A stretch of DNA of 64,000 bases from Candidatus Woesebacteria bacterium RIFCSPHIGHO2_01_FULL_39_32. Lineage in GTDB: Bacteria; Patescibacteriota; Microgenomatia; UBA8517. Location: positions 217,710-281,709 of the forward strand of contig MGGJ01000001.1 in the NCBI GenBank assembly GCA_001792345.1. Reading direction: 5' to 3'. Below are positions 10,484 through 20,752 of this stretch, one piece after another. The notes under the pieces are model-generated. The model was not told the DNA's origin, made no database searches, and saw only the letters and a program-made list of their open reading frames with translations. Positions within the stretch are counted from its first letter, which is position 1; every line of letters begins with the position of its first letter. The position numbers and the translations under genes were made by a program.

Positions 10484-11834
10484 TGGATTAATTAAATATA
10501 CCGTTGCAGCGATTCTTATTGGAGTACCTTTATACCCAAAATTTCCCTTATTCCGGATTTCAGGCACCTTTGTTGCCATTAGGATTGAAGATATTCTTTT
10601 GGCTTTTGCGGGATTTTTACTCCTGGCAATATTTGTTCGTAAATTAGATAAATATTGGAAGGATTCTATTACCAAAACCATTATGCTTTTTTTAATTGTT
10701 GGTTTTGTTTCATTAATATCAGCCATATATATTACTCATACTGTTGTACCCCATATTGGTTTATTGCATTGGGTCAGAAGAATTGAATATTTTATTCCTT
10801 TTTTCTTAGGCTTGGAGGCAATCGAGAGAGATAAGAAAAACCTAGCTTTCTTTTCAAAAATAATTGTAATAGTAGTCGCATTAGCCTTCATTTACGGGTT
10901 TGGACAGAAATATTTTGGATGGCCGATTATTATTACACAAAATCAGGAATACTCTAAGGGAATTGCTCTCCGCTACACTACTGGTAGCCATATTAACTCG
11001 ACATTTGCCGGGCATTACGACTTAGCTAGTTTCTTAGTTTTAATTTTGCCGATAGTTGTTTCATCATTTTTCTTACTCAAGGGCTTACGGACTAAGATAT
11101 TTCTGACAGCGGGTTTTTTTTCGGGCTTATGGCTTTTAGTTAATACTGCATCACGCATTTCTCTAGTTTCTTATCTTGTCGCAGTAGTATTAAGTTTATT
11201 CCTAATTAAAAGATATAAGGCAATACCATTAGTTTTAGTAGTAAGTGTTTTATTCATAGGATTTTCATCTAATTTAATATCACGGTATGGAAGAATTATC
11301 GAAGTAGTTAGAACTCAATCTCTTGAGTTTAACCTAATAAATTATCGAAGCTTAAACCGTTTAGTCTATGCCGCAGAAGATGAATTTGTATTAAAAAGAC
11401 AGATAGCAACTCCAACACCTACGCTGGTACCGGTCTTTGAGGATAGGTCTACTAATATAAGACTGAATGTTGAATGGCCCAGGGCTTTAAGAGCTTTTGC
11501 TAAAAATCCTTTCTTAGGTACGGGGTATTCGTCGATCACTTTAGCTACAGACAATGATTACTTACGAACCTTGGGAGAAGTTGGTGCTTTAGGATTTTTG
11601 GCATTTTTCTTAATTTTTGGAAAAATATCAGTTAGTTTGGTAAAAGTTCTTCCTTTTGATAAGCATTTTGAAGGAATAGAACTTGCTTTCATTGTGGGAG
11701 TGGTTGGGGCTATGCCGGGAATATTTCTTAACGCTTTCTTTATAGATGTTTTTGAAGCATCAAAATTTGCTATCTTCTTTTGGTTATTAATTGGGTTTAC
11801 CATATCTTTAACAAAATATGCAAAAAGTGAGTAA
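10458..11834 (+). CDS. O-antigen ligase / Wzy-like membrane protein
   Basis: STFAGHYDL, TASR, PFLGTG, DNDYLRTLGEVG motifs of Wzy_C family, ~12 TM; likely start ATG 10458. Confidence 0.75.
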   Translation: MLKRLWLLDGLIKYTVAAILIGVPLYPKFPLFRISGTFVAIRIEDILLAFAGFLLLAIFVRKLDKYWKDSITKTIMLFLIVGFVSLISAIYITHTVVPHIGLLHWVRRIEYFIPFFLGLEAIERDKKNLAFFSKIIVIVVALAFIYGFGQKYFGWPIIITQNQEYSKGIALRYTTGSHINSTFAGHYDLASFLVLILPIVVSSFFLLKGLRTKIFLTAGFFSGLWLLVNTASRISLVSYLVAVVLSLFLIKRYKAIPLVLVVSVLFIGFSSNLISRYGRIIEVVRTQSLEFNLINYRSLNRLVYAAEDEFVLKRQIATPTPTLVPVFEDRSTNIRLNVEWPRALRAFAKNPFLGTGYSSITLATDNDYLRTLGEVGALGFLAFFLIFGKISVSLVKVLPFDKHFEGIELAFIVGVVGAMPGIFLNAFFIDVFEASKFAIFFWLLIGFTISLTKYAKSE

Positions 11835-13290
11835 GATATTTAAACAGATTTTTAACTATAAATATATCGAGTATATATTTTTATCTTTTGTCTTAATATT
11901 GGGCCTTTTATTAAGACTATATAAAATTAATAATCCCATTGCCGACTGGCATTCATGGAGACAGGCAGATACATCTTCCGTTACCAGAAGTTATGTGGAT
12001 AAAGGAATAAATCTTCTTTTTCCGCGCTATCATGATATTTCAACCACTCAGACAGGAAAATTTAATCCCGAAGGATATAGATTTGTCGAGTTTCCAATCT
12101 ATAACGTAGTTCATACTTTGTTGACAGAAAATTTTAACTTTTTAACACTTGAAGTGTGGGGAAGGCTTCTATCAGTTTTCTTTGCTTTAGTTACAACTGT
12201 ATTTATTTATTTATTGGGTAAGCGTTTTTTGGGAGTTTGGGGAGGTATATTAGCTTCCTTTTTTTACGTCGTATTGCCTTATAACATTTATTTTACAAGG
12301 GTAATTTTACCGGAACCGATGGCTGTAATGTTTGCAGTTGCAAGCCTTTGGGCATTTATAACTTATATTGATTCAAACAAAAATTGGAGACTATATTTTT
12401 CAGGTTTATTATTCGCATTGGCATTACTTGTCAAACCTTATGTAATCTTTTACAGCGTTCCAATGATCTATTTGTTATTGAATAAGTTCAAGATCAAAGA
12501 AATTTTTCGCAATGCAAAATTAATTATTCCCTTATTACTTTTCACGGACATTGTATTGGTTCCCTTAATTGCCTGGCGCGGCTGGATTTCAAATTACCCT
12601 GAAGGGATTCCACACTTTGGGTGGGTGTTTAACGGGGATGACATACGTTTTAAACCTTCATTCTGGAGTTGGATTTTTGGCGAACGACTTAGTTGGCTAA
12701 TTCTAGGGGGTTGGGGTTTGGTACCTTTTTCTTTTGGCTTAATGAAAAGACTAAAAAATTCTTACTTCACGCACTTTTTCCTTTTGGGAATGTTTTTTTA
12801 CGTTTCGGTAGTTGCAACTGCAAACGTTCGCCATGACTACTATCAAACGCTAGTAATTCCCGCAGTTTCACTAATATTGGCACAAGGTTGTATTATCTTG
12901 TGGGAATCAAGCCAGTTTAATAAGTTACTGTCAAGAGGTCTGCTGGTATTTTCGATTGGTTTAGCTATTAATAATGGATTAATCCAAATAAAAGAGTTTT
13001 ACAAAATTAATCATCCCGAAATTATTATCGCCGGCCAGTCGGTTGACCGTCTTACCCCTAAAAATGCCCTGGTTATTGCTCCATACAATGGTGACAGCGC
13101 ATTTTTGTATCAGACAAAAAGATGGGGTTGGCCATTCGTTGACAGACCCATTGAAGAGTTAATCGAAAACGGTGCAGATTACTATGTTTCTGTTAATTTT
13201 GATGCGCAAACAAATGAGTTTATCAATAAGTTCGAGACTGTTCAAAAAAAGGATCAATACTTAATTCTTAGCCTGCAAAAAAGAAAATAA
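11818..13290 (+). CDS. GT-C (GT39/ArnT-like) membrane glycosyltransferase
   Basis: WRQADT, EFPIY, GRLLS, LVKP, HDYYQ; polytopic. Confidence 0.8.
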   Translation: MQKVSKIFKQIFNYKYIEYIFLSFVLILGLLLRLYKINNPIADWHSWRQADTSSVTRSYVDKGINLLFPRYHDISTTQTGKFNPEGYRFVEFPIYNVVHTLLTENFNFLTLEVWGRLLSVFFALVTTVFIYLLGKRFLGVWGGILASFFYVVLPYNIYFTRVILPEPMAVMFAVASLWAFITYIDSNKNWRLYFSGLLFALALLVKPYVIFYSVPMIYLLLNKFKIKEIFRNAKLIIPLLLFTDIVLVPLIAWRGWISNYPEGIPHFGWVFNGDDIRFKPSFWSWIFGERLSWLILGGWGLVPFSFGLMKRLKNSYFTHFFLLGMFFYVSVVATANVRHDYYQTLVIPAVSLILAQGCIILWESSQFNKLLSRGLLVFSIGLAINNGLIQIKEFYKINHPEIIIAGQSVDRLTPKNALVIAPYNGDSAFLYQTKRWGWPFVDRPIEELIENGADYYVSVNFDAQTNEFINKFETVQKKDQYLILSLQKRK

Positions 13291-13291
13291 A

Positions 13292-14485
13292 ATGAAAATA
13301 TTGATGCTCGTTCCTTATTTACCAACGATCACTATGAGTGGAGGTCAAACTCGCTGGTATAACATTATTAAATATCTCGCCAAAAAACACGATATTACTC
13401 TTTTTTCATTAATAAAAGACGATTCCGAAAAACGTTTTATTCCCGAACTTGAGAAGTACTGTAAAAAAGTAAGGGTATTTAATCGACCCAAAAGACCATG
13501 GACTATTAAAAATATTCTTCTTTCGGTATTTGGTCCTTACCCACTATTGGTTATAAGGAACCAATCTTTAGAAGAAAGACGTGCAATACGAGAGGAGCTG
13601 GAAAATGAAAAATATGACCTGATTCACGCAGAGACATTTTACGTAATGCCACATTTACCAAAAAGCGTTGTTCCTACAATCTTAGTCGAGCAAACAATCT
13701 GGCATGATGTGTACAAGCACTATGTGATGCATGAAGTTCCAACGATTTTAAGACCCTTTTACTTACAAGACGTGCTCAAAATTAAGTTTTGGGAAAAATA
13801 TTACTGGGGCAAAGCAGATCGTCTTTTTGGTGTATCCGAAGAAGACAGGATTGCGATGCTAAAGCTTGTCCCTCAAAAACAAGTTGGGATAATTCCTAAT
13901 GGAGTTGACTCAGCCTATTACAGTCAAAAAAAAATTAAGAAGAAAGTTCCTCCGAGAATTCTTTATGGGGTAACAAATTTCGAATGGCTTCAAAATCAGG
14001 AAGCGACAGAGATGCTTATTAAGGAAGTTTGGCCGAAGATAAAAGAAACATATGCTAAAGCAAAAGTATGGATTGTAGGTAGAAAAATTCCTGATTGGGT
14101 TAAAAAGGAAGCTGGAAAGGGTAATATCGAAATGACAGAGAACATCCGAGATGCAAGAGATGCTTATGGTGGGGCAACTATAATGGTTGCATCGATTAAG
14201 GGAACAGGAGGAACCAGGCTTAAAATTCTTGAAGCAATGGCTGCTGGTTTGCCGGTGGTGTCAACTTCGGTTGGAGTGGTGGGATTAAATCTAACAAATG
14301 GGAAAAATGTACTCATGGCGGATACTCCGGAAGAATTGGCTGACAAGGCAACGATGCTTTTGAAGGATGAAGAATTGAGAAGAAGAATCGGTCAGTTCGG
14401 AAAGGAACATGTATCTAAATATTTTGATTGGAAATCTATCGTTAAACTCCATGACCCTATTTACAATGAATTAGTAAAGAAATAA
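13292..14485 (+). CDS. GT4 glycosyltransferase
   Basis: IPNGVD, GTRLKILEAMAAGLPVVST. Confidence 0.9.
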   Translation: MKILMLVPYLPTITMSGGQTRWYNIIKYLAKKHDITLFSLIKDDSEKRFIPELEKYCKKVRVFNRPKRPWTIKNILLSVFGPYPLLVIRNQSLEERRAIREELENEKYDLIHAETFYVMPHLPKSVVPTILVEQTIWHDVYKHYVMHEVPTILRPFYLQDVLKIKFWEKYYWGKADRLFGVSEEDRIAMLKLVPQKQVGIIPNGVDSAYYSQKKIKKKVPPRILYGVTNFEWLQNQEATEMLIKEVWPKIKETYAKAKVWIVGRKIPDWVKKEAGKGNIEMTENIRDARDAYGGATIMVASIKGTGGTRLKILEAMAAGLPVVSTSVGVVGLNLTNGKNVLMADTPEELADKATMLLKDEELRRRIGQFGKEHVSKYFDWKSIVKLHDPIYNELVKK

Positions 14486-15393
14486 TGAAAAAACCAAAAC
14501 TTTCTATTGTAATTCTGAGTTATAACACAGTAGATCTACTGCGAGAATGTTTACTTTCATTAAAGAAAGTAAGAGGAGAGGTAGGCTTTGAAGTAATAGT
14601 TTCCGATAATGCCTCAACCGACGGATCTCCTGAGATGGTTGAAGATGAATTTCCGTGGGTTAAAAAGATTATAAAAACTAGGATAAATATTGGTTTTGCG
14701 GCTGGGAATAACAGGGCAAGAGAGTATGTTAATGGGGAATTTGTTCTATTTTTAAACCCGGATACAATTATTCATAAAGACACTTTAAAGAAATGTAGAC
14801 AATATTTAGATAACCACAAGGATGTGGGTGCATTAACCTGTAAAATTGTTCTTCCCACCGGTCAATTAGATAAAGATGCAAGGAGATCCTTCATAACTCC
14901 GTGGATAGGTTTGACTCATATTTATTTGAAACTAGACAGAATATTTCCAAAATCCAAACTTTTTGCCAAGTATTGGTATGGTTATGTATCTCCCAATACC
15001 GAACACGAGGTTGATGCTTTACAGGGTGCCTTTTTCTTCACAAGAAGAGCCGTTTTAGATCAAGTCGGTTGGTTTGATGAAGATTATTTTTTAAACGCGG
15101 AAGATATTGATCTTTCATGGAAAATAAAAGAGAAAGGTTGGAAGATATTTTATTACCCAAACGTTTCAATAACACACGTTAAAGGGGCCGCTAAAGGTAA
15201 GACTAAAAGAACTAAACAGAATGTTCCACTGAAAGAAAAGTTAAAATATCGCCTTGCCGAAGTAGATGCAATGGAAGTATTTGTTAAAAAAAGACTATGG
15301 AGAAATTATCCTTTAGCTTTAAATCTCTTAGTTTTGACCGGAATTAAGTTATTAAGGTTTATAAGAGCTACGAAAGTTATTTTATTAGGATAA
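14485..15393 (+). CDS. GT2 glycosyltransferase (WbbL-like)
   Basis: DNASTDGS, GFAAGNN, LNPD, FDEDYFLNAEDID. Confidence 0.9.
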   Translation: MKKPKLSIVILSYNTVDLLRECLLSLKKVRGEVGFEVIVSDNASTDGSPEMVEDEFPWVKKIIKTRINIGFAAGNNRAREYVNGEFVLFLNPDTIIHKDTLKKCRQYLDNHKDVGALTCKIVLPTGQLDKDARRSFITPWIGLTHIYLKLDRIFPKSKLFAKYWYGYVSPNTEHEVDALQGAFFFTRRAVLDQVGWFDEDYFLNAEDIDLSWKIKEKGWKIFYYPNVSITHVKGAAKGKTKRTKQNVPLKEKLKYRLAEVDAMEVFVKKRLWRNYPLALNLLVLTGIKLLRFIRATKVILLG

Positions 15394-16535
15394 TGAAAAT
15401 ATTAATTGATGCAAGGATGTATGGACTTGAGCACTCAGGGATTGGTAGGTATTTGATTAATTTGATCGACAACCTTAAAGAGATCGATAGAGAGAATAGC
15501 TATATTATTTTATTAAGGAAAAAGTACTTCGATGAATTAAGGTTTCCGGAAAATTGGATGAAGATTATAGTAGACCTTCGCCACTATACATTTGCAGAAC
15601 AGTTTAAATTGCCGGGAATTATAAATAAAGAAAAACCGGATTTAGTCCACTTTCCCCACTTTAATATTCCATTACAATTTAAAGGTCCGTTTGTGGTAAC
15701 CATCCACGATACGACGATGCATCATCAAGGAACCAATGCCACTACGCTTCCATTATACAAATATATATTCAAGCGGATTCCATATAAATTAGTTTTCAAG
15801 AAAGCAGTTATCAATTCAAAAAAAATTATTACTCCCAGTGAAACAGTCAAAAAAGAGGTTCTAGATTATTACAAAGTTGATCCGGAAAAGATCGCGGTTG
15901 CCTATGAAGGGTTCAATGCCGACTATATTGTTGAGAAAGCAAGCAGCAGAGAGTTGGAAACGTTAACCAAATTTAAAGCTGCTAATGCGGATTATTTCTT
16001 TTATGTCGGTAATGCTTATCCCCATAAAAATTTGGACAACGTCATTCGAGGTATAGTGGATATAAATAAAAATAAAAATGGTTCAGTGAGGTTTCTTATC
16101 GCGGGATCAAGAGATATTTTTATGGAAAGACTTCAAAAGTTAATCGATAGACTTGAAGCCAATGATTATGTGGAACTTTTAGGATTTGTTAGGGACGACG
16201 AGCTTTGGGTGTTGTACAAATATAGTTTGGGATTTGTGTATCCATCTCTTTCTGAGGGGTTTGGTCTGCAAGGTTTAGAAGCTATTTCATCCGGTACGAT
16301 TCTTCTTGCGTCAAATATTCCAGTTTTTCAAGAAATTTACGGAAGTCACGCATTTTATTTTAACCCGCAAGATGTAAGCTCAATTTCTGGAACAATGTAT
16401 TCTGTTTTGAAAATGGAAAGAGAAGATAAATATAAGTATTTGGAAATTGCGCAAGAATATATCAAAAAATACTCCTGGCAAAAAATGGCCAAAGAAACTT
16501 TAGAAGTTTACAGGCAAGTTTTAAAAGAAAAGTAA
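15393..16535 (+). CDS. GT4 glycosyltransferase
   Basis: TIHD, YPHKN, PSLSEGFGLQGLEA, YSWQKMA. Confidence 0.9.
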   Translation: MKILIDARMYGLEHSGIGRYLINLIDNLKEIDRENSYIILLRKKYFDELRFPENWMKIIVDLRHYTFAEQFKLPGIINKEKPDLVHFPHFNIPLQFKGPFVVTIHDTTMHHQGTNATTLPLYKYIFKRIPYKLVFKKAVINSKKIITPSETVKKEVLDYYKVDPEKIAVAYEGFNADYIVEKASSRELETLTKFKAANADYFFYVGNAYPHKNLDNVIRGIVDINKNKNGSVRFLIAGSRDIFMERLQKLIDRLEANDYVELLGFVRDDELWVLYKYSLGFVYPSLSEGFGLQGLEAISSGTILLASNIPVFQEIYGSHAFYFNPQDVSSISGTMYSVLKMEREDKYKYLEIAQEYIKKYSWQKMAKETLEVYRQVLKEK

Positions 16536-16613
16536 CACGTGTCAATAGGAATACACCCGACGGGTGGTCTAGCTTTGCACCTATAACTTTCTTGAGTTTT
16601 GGACAATTTGTTT

Positions 16614-18069
16614 ATGAGAAGTGAAATTGAGTGGATAAAGCTTGTTACGAGAAAAAACTCGTTAGCATTCATGCATGTTGTGGCTAAACAAAAGCCTTAT
16701 GTAAAAGCTGTCATAGATTTTGATCTCAATTATTATTGGTATAACGGGATTACCTATGAAGCTTGCTATTCAAAAAAAGAAGTTTACGGTCTGGGGTCTA
16801 AAATTTCTGATGAAATTAAAAAAAATCTTAATTTTGCTTCACAAAATGCAGAATTATGCAGAGTTCTTTGCGATAAATTAATATTACAATCAGAAGCGAT
16901 CGGAAAAGTTAATTTGAGATTAATTAGCAACAGGCAACTATATAAAATTCTCAATGACTTTCTTGTACCTTTCTATGAACTTGTTCCGTTCCTTCTTGTT
17001 CCGCATTCAGTAGAACGGCAGATTTTGTCTGAGATTGAAGAATTAGTTTCCCAAAAATTAGGCGGCGACGAAGAAAAACAAAAAAAAATATATAGAAGTA
17101 TTTTCTACGCCAATTGATGAAGATATTGACGAATCAGAGTCGGCCTTGAAAATTGCAACATATGTTAAGAAGGTTGGTTGGAATATGCAAGCGAATCAAG
17201 AATTGAGAAGGCACACTCAAAAATTCTGCTGGATTTCGATGTGGGGTGTTACAGATAAACCACTGACTAGTAAGTATTTTAGGGATGAAATTGATACCTT
17301 AGTGGATAATATAGAAAATCCCCTTCTGGAAATTGAGAAACTAAAGAAAGAGCATTCTCGCCGAAAGGAAATATTTGATAAAACATTGAAAAAACTTAAT
17401 GCTTCGGAACATTTGGAAGGACTTGCTCGGATTCTTCAATCTTATGTTTTTTTGCGCACTTATAGAAAGAATGCTTATTCGAAAGCCAACTATTTACATC
17501 TACCCCTGCTTTATGAAACAGGCAGAAGAATGGGTTTAAATAATAGGGAAGCAAAATATGTAACCTATGACGAGATGCTCGATTTCTTGGATAAAGGTAA
17601 AGGAGTTTTCAAACCTTTGATTAAAGAGAGAATTAAAGGGTGGGCAACGCTTCTTTGGGATGGGGAAACATTTGTATTTTCTGGTAAAAGCGAAGTCAAA
17701 AGGGCCATTAAAAAATACAATATTTTTGTTGAAGAAGCCTCGGAAGGTAACCAAGTAAAAGGTAGGGTGGCAAGTACGGGAAAGGTCAGGGGTAAAGTTA
17801 GGGTTGTCAGAAGTCTTAAAGGCATTGGAAAAGTTGAAAAGGGAGATATTTTAGTGGCCACAATGACAACGCCTGATTACATGCTCGCTATTCATAAATG
17901 CGCCGGGATTGTTACAGACGAGGGAGGAGTGACGTGCCATGCTGCCATTATTTCGCGTGAATTTAATATTCCTTGCATTGTAGGGACTGGAAACGCAACT
18001 CAGGTTTTGGAAGATGGAGATTTAGTAGAAGTTGATGCGGAGAAAGGAATTGTCAGAAAACTTCATTGA
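16614..18069 (+). pseudogene. PEP-utilizing enzyme mobile (His) domain protein, split by a frameshift in an A9 run
   Basis: ORFs 16614-17117 and 17146-18069 join in frame if one A is removed from A9 at 17080-17088 (QKKYIEVFSTPIDED...); C-terminal TDEGGVTCHAAIISRE; same architecture as 19295-20752. Confidence 0.8.
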
Positions 18070-18094
18070 CAGTAAATTTTCCACAGACTATTAT
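18066..18094 (+). promoter_or_regulatory. sigma70-type promoter, probably leaderless transcript
   Basis: TTGACA-17 bp-TATTAT, ATG 7 nt downstream at 18102. Confidence 0.65.
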
Positions 18095-18101
18095 CTAGTT
18101 A

Positions 18102-18353
18102 ATGGATAAAAAGAAAAAGAAAGATAAACAATATAAATTCTTTGCGGATGCTTTTCATGAAGTTGTAGTTCCACTTCTTGAGAATATGGCTACGAAAGAC
18201 GATGTTAAGGATATGGCTACCAAAGATGACATCGATAAAATTAATAGTAGATTGGTTAAAATTGATGATAAGCTAGAAAGATATGGAAATAGACCTGATG
18301 GTCATGAAAAAAGAATAACAAAGTTGGAAAATAAAGTTGCTATAGCTTCATAA
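18102..18353 (+). CDS. Small coiled-coil protein with duplicated MATKDD motif
   Basis: MATKDDVKD-MATKDDID repeat, heptad C-terminus HEKRITKLE; own promoter. Confidence 0.7.
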   Translation: MDKKKKKDKQYKFFADAFHEVVVPLLENMATKDDVKDMATKDDIDKINSRLVKIDDKLERYGNRPDGHEKRITKLENKVAIAS

Positions 18354-18396
18354 AAAAACTCAATTAATATTAGGAATTTTTGATAAAATCAGTACA

Positions 18397-19293
18397 GTGG
18401 AACTTAAGCGGGTATTGGTTGAATTAGAAAAGCTGTTGCAAAACTGGAGAATAAATACATCAGGTTGGATTCTTGTATCTCAGTATGCTTATCGACTTCT
18501 AGGGTACGATGTTAAACTTCGTAAAGGACACTTGAATGTATTAGTTAGAAAAAATAAAATACCGTGGAAAATAAAAGAAGGAATTGAAATTCATCCCCCC
18601 AGGAAGACTAAATATAGGGCAGAATTTGAAAAATTCATAGATAAAACGGGGTTTGATTTTGACATAAACCTTGCCACAGATAAAGAATTTACAGCTAAAG
18701 AAGGCTTCTACGTTTTGTACAAACTTCCGAATTCTACAGAAATTAGAGTTCAAAAACCTTCTGGTGCAATTAAAGAATTTGAAAAATTACTTTCCTTAAG
18801 TACCAAAGAAGGATTAGGGACTGAAAGATTGAATAAAGATATTTTCTACATTAAAGATATGATTCTGGCTTTGTCAAAGAAGGGAGAAGAAGATACAACC
18901 AAGCTTTTCCAAAGACTTCTCAAAAAATATCTAACTGTTAAGAAGAAGCATATTACTGTAAAACCCACTGATACCGATAGTATCGCAGGAATAGTAGCAA
19001 GTAAAGGAAAAGCTAATGGAAGGATCATTGTTGTTTACGATATTAAAGATGCAAAACTTATTAAAGACGGTGACATTCTAGTCACAAAAATGACTTCACC
19101 AATCCTAACATTGCTGCTTCCGAAAATTTCTGCAATTGTTACGGATAAGGGCGGAATGCTTAGCCACGCTGCAATTTTAGCTCGCGAGATTGGTGTTCCC
19201 TGCATCGTCGGCACACAAGTCGCAACTAAGGTGCTTAAAGACGGAGATTTAGTCGAAGTTGATGCATATAGGGGAATTGTAAGGAAAATATAA
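18397..19293 (+). CDS. PEP-utilizer mobile-domain protein with unrelated N-terminal domain
   Basis: C-terminal TDKGGMLSHAAILAREIGVPCIVGT; TAAAAT 7 nt before GTG start. Confidence 0.8.
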   Translation: MELKRVLVELEKLLQNWRINTSGWILVSQYAYRLLGYDVKLRKGHLNVLVRKNKIPWKIKEGIEIHPPRKTKYRAEFEKFIDKTGFDFDINLATDKEFTAKEGFYVLYKLPNSTEIRVQKPSGAIKEFEKLLSLSTKEGLGTERLNKDIFYIKDMILALSKKGEEDTTKLFQRLLKKYLTVKKKHITVKPTDTDSIAGIVASKGKANGRIIVVYDIKDAKLIKDGDILVTKMTSPILTLLLPKISAIVTDKGGMLSHAAILAREIGVPCIVGTQVATKVLKDGDLVEVDAYRGIVRKI

Positions 19294-19294
19294 A

Positions 19295-20752
19295 ATGCTC
19301 GATCCAAATAGAAAGTTATTCCGTTGGGGACCAATAAGTGCCTGCCCTTTTTTTATGTCCTTCACGATTGGAGCTGCTTTTACGCCATTAAAAAAACTTC
19401 TTGGTGTTTGCTATCCCGAATCAGTGATTATTTTTAAAGACAAAAAGGTTACGTGGCTAATGGATGCCGAAGATTTTTCAAAATCTAGCCAAGACTTTGT
19501 ACAAAGAAACATTTTTAACAACAAAAGGAAAAAAATGTATTCGAGCGAATGGAACAGAAAAACAAGTTTACTTCAAGGAGAATTCAATTTGTTGAATGAA
19601 ATAAATTTTACGTCTTTAACACAAGAAGATCTAAACCAAAAATTTGAACATTTTTCCGAAATATATTTTTTGTGGTGGACTTTAACGATTTCGGTCGAAT
19701 TAATTACAACATCAATTGAACCACTTTTAGGGAAGGGATTAAAAGATTACTACAAAGATGAACAAGTGAAAGAGTTTAATAAAGATTTTGCTATTCTTAC
19801 TTCTCCTCTTGCTTTAACATTTTACAGACAAGAACAAAAAGACTTACTTGAAATCCTGGCACTTCCTAATAAGAAATGGGGTAGTGCACTTAAAGCTCAT
19901 CAACAAAATTATTTCTGGATGTACAACAGTTATCTTAAAGCAAAGAAATTAAATGTGAATTATTTTCGAAAAGAAGCAGAAAAATTTGCGAAAACCAAGT
20001 GGAAACCACTGTTTGAGGAGATAAATAATTATTCCGAAAATACTAAATTCCAAAAGTCTCAGATAATAAAAAGACTGTATCTGAAAAGGGAAGTTCGGGA
20101 TTTAATTTCTTTAGTTGAGAAATTCGCTCAGTTTCAAGATCAAAGAAAAGCTTTAAATTTTAAATCTGATCATTATCTTCAAATTTTTGTAGACGAATAC
20201 GCGCGAAGATTAAAAATAAAAAGCGACGATCTTAAAATGTTACTTTTCAAGGAGTTGACTGCTTTCTCTGACGAGCTGAAAAAGAATTTAATTAAAAAGC
20301 GGAAGGAGTGTTTTGTTTTGGTTTGCAAAAATACAGGAATAAAACATTTCGTTGGAAGTAAAGCGTTATTTTTGCATAAAAGATTCGGCAAAGTTAGAAA
20401 AATTAAAGAGAGCATGATTCATGGTAGAGTTGCTTCAGTTGGTAAAGAATATCATTTTAGAGGTACTGCAAAAGTTGTATTGACAATAAAAGAAATTGGT
20501 AAAGTCAAAAAGGGTGACGTGTTGGTTACAACGATGACGAGTCCTGATTTCGTGATTGGAATGAAGAAGGCGATTGCGATAATTACTGATACCGGCGGAA
20601 TACTAAGCCACGCTGCAATAGTTTCGAGGGAACTGAAAAAACCATGCATTGTTGGGACAGAAGTAGCTACTAAAGTTATTCATGATGGTGATATCGTCGA
20701 AATTCACTCAGGAAGAGGAACAGTTAGAATTGTTAAACACGAGGGAAATTAA
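19295..20752 (+). CDS. PEP-utilizer mobile-domain protein (helical N-terminal region + His swivel domain, no ATP-grasp)
   Basis: C-terminal TDTGGILSHAAIVSRELKKPCIVGT. Confidence 0.85.
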   Translation: MLDPNRKLFRWGPISACPFFMSFTIGAAFTPLKKLLGVCYPESVIIFKDKKVTWLMDAEDFSKSSQDFVQRNIFNNKRKKMYSSEWNRKTSLLQGEFNLLNEINFTSLTQEDLNQKFEHFSEIYFLWWTLTISVELITTSIEPLLGKGLKDYYKDEQVKEFNKDFAILTSPLALTFYRQEQKDLLEILALPNKKWGSALKAHQQNYFWMYNSYLKAKKLNVNYFRKEAEKFAKTKWKPLFEEINNYSENTKFQKSQIIKRLYLKREVRDLISLVEKFAQFQDQRKALNFKSDHYLQIFVDEYARRLKIKSDDLKMLLFKELTAFSDELKKNLIKKRKECFVLVCKNTGIKHFVGSKALFLHKRFGKVRKIKESMIHGRVASVGKEYHFRGTAKVVLTIKEIGKVKKGDVLVTTMTSPDFVIGMKKAIAIITDTGGILSHAAIVSRELKKPCIVGTEVATKVIHDGDIVEIHSGRGTVRIVKHEGN

